A stretch of DNA of 17,537 nt, from NCBI GenBank assembly GCA_034530875.2, contig JAVRCJ020000073.1:1-17537 (forward strand). The letters run 5' to 3'. The position numbers and the translations under genes are program-made. Below the pieces are notes generated by a model that saw only the letters and a list, made by a program, of their open reading frames with translations, was not told where the DNA came from and did no database searches. This document shows, piece by piece, positions 16,279 through 17,537 of this stretch (position 1 is its first letter; every line of letters begins with the position of its first letter). This stretch comes from Nostoc sp. DedSLP01. Its GTDB lineage: Bacteria > Cyanobacteriota > Cyanobacteriia > Cyanobacteriales > Nostocaceae.

Positions 16279-17460
16279 TCACATTGATGAGTTATCGTCT
16301 GGGTATCTTCCTATTTCAGGAGTAATAGGCTTAACTGGTGGCGGAGGTTGATGTGGAAAGCGGCTGGGAAGACGAACTTCAGGCGCACCTCCTTCTTCTA
16401 TTGACAAACCATAAGCTATCGCAAATCGATGAAAGTAACGACGTTCAATGCCACTCATATCTAAATCACTTTCTGGAAATGGAAGTTCCTTCATTTTATA
16501 TGGAGGTATGTCTGCGTAACGATGATTACAAGCCGAGTAGGTAGCTTCAATCGTATCTTGGTAATATTGAGATTCTCTACCTCCTCCTCCCAGAAAAATA
16601 GTTAAACTAGAAGAATGCTGGAAATATTCTCTGTTCTTTTTTTTGCTAGTCATGATTACTTTAGCAACTTGGCTATGAATTGAACTTTGTCCTAAAATTA
16701 GATGAAGCAACTTCTGTGTTTGGTGTGACACATTGCTCTGTAATGTTTTTTCAATAGCTCTTTCTGTGATTTTAAATTTATAAGCTATAAAATCACCTTG
16801 TTTTATAGAGTGCGAATTAGCAAGACTTTCTGATATAGCTTGTATTTCTTGTAAAATTTTGTGGCTATTATAAGTAATATCATCTTCAATTTGTACTTTT
16901 GAACCTGAAACTTGATTATTTATCCACTTTGCTAAAGCATTAACGCCAAGCGCCTCTACTTCTCCTGAATAAAAATCTACTTTTGGCATTTTATTGCTAT
17001 CTCGCCAGAACTGGAATGAAGCACCTTCTATAGTACCACTACCTATATCAAAGAAGATGTATAAGCCTGGTTCTGCTTGTCGGGAAACAGTGTAAGAGTA
17101 AACTCCAGCAGCTATTTCTGGAATAGCAAAACAAGGTATTTGTTCGTAATAAATATTTTGTCTTAATTGCCTTATTCGTTCTTGAAGCTCTTGAAAGTAT
17201 AAAGGTAAAGGTTCATCAGATTGACTAAGTAACCAAGCCAAACATAAAACTTTTTGAAAGCGTTCTATTGCAGGTGAATCAACGTATTTTATAGGTACTC
17301 CTATATTTGCACTCCAATTAATTTTTTGATTTTTTACTAAATCAGCGTTATTTTTGTAAACCCATTGTTTTGCTTTTAAAATTATACTGCTGAGGTGATA
17401 AGCACAAAGATTTTCTAAATTTTCAGTATTATTCAAATCAATCTCTTGAAACTTCGGCAA
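16279..17460 (-). CDS. Uncharacterised actin/Hsp70-fold (ASKHA) ATPase-like protein, N-terminus missing (truncated by window edge or by an insertion)
   Basis: NIGVP, connect-1-like PEIAAGVY, phosphate-2-like FDIGSGT, adenosine-like IFLGGGG and connect-2-like AIAYGL. No phosphate-1 motif is present. The frame stays open from 17460 to the window end. Confidence 0.65.
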   Translation of the reverse strand: MPKFQEIDLNNTENLENLCAYHLSSIILKAKQWVYKNNADLVKNQKINWSANIGVPIKYVDSPAIERFQKVLCLAWLLSQSDEPLPLYFQELQERIRQLRQNIYYEQIPCFAIPEIAAGVYSYTVSRQAEPGLYIFFDIGSGTIEGASFQFWRDSNKMPKVDFYSGEVEALGVNALAKWINNQVSGSKVQIEDDITYNSHKILQEIQAISESLANSHSIKQGDFIAYKFKITERAIEKTLQSNVSHQTQKLLHLILGQSSIHSQVAKVIMTSKKKNREYFQHSSSLTIFLGGGGRESQYYQDTIEATYSACNHRYADIPPYKMKELPFPESDLDMSGIERRYFHRFAIAYGLSIEEGGAPEVRLPSRFPHQPPPPVKPITPEIGRYPDDNSSM

Positions 17461-17463
17461 TAA

Positions 17464-17537
17464 GAGCTGATTCGTAAAGAAAATCTCAAGAGACAGTGGA
17501 TGAGTGGGAGTGGATTTTAAGCTAGATCGAGTTGCAT
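17464..17537 (-). mobile_element. Possible right end of an IS5-family (IS1031-group-like) element
   Basis: TAA (17461-17463) followed by GAGCTGATTCGTAAAG resembles the GAG-initiated ends and TNA target of this group. A minus-strand frame ends ...LA-stop at 17517-17519. Only 74 bp are visible. Confidence 0.3.

Noticed and set aside
832..16544. Short ORFs antisense to or overlapping the main genes (e.g. 832-1047, 1596-1778, 2318-2545, 3627-3848, 6101-6427, 6340-6597, 6740-7000, 9470-9913, 14773-15069, 15781-16047, 16338-16544)
   Set aside because: They are shadow frames of well-supported genes or run through repeat DNA, with no recognisable motifs.

Overview
Chromosomal window from a heterocyst-forming cyanobacterium (Nostoc-like). 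This rests on about 18 HIP1 GCGATCGC sites, heptameric STRR repeats, GTAG-type palindromic repeats and a cyanobacterial 16S 5' end. Left to right: 5' end, leader and promoter of an rRNA operon (minus); DUF3082-ispE-rsmA-potA (minus); PBP2/mrdA (plus); a 96-bp MITE-like element; a small DUF6737-like membrane protein and a SyrD/YojI-type peptide exporter (minus); a plus-strand run of hopanoid C-2 methylase hpnP, CDP-alcohol phosphotransferase, 2OG-Fe(II) oxygenase and GH13 glycosidase; three tandem 72-nt Yfr2-type small-RNA genes (minus); purH; and a 5'-incomplete actin/Hsp70-fold ATPase gene that may be interrupted by an IS5-family end at the window edge. The most notable items are the sRNA triplet (each copy has its own promoter, and two share a candidate operator), the putative hopanoid/lipid-modification gene trio, and the uncharacterised ATPase. 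All family assignments come from motif recognition by eye; no database search was run.
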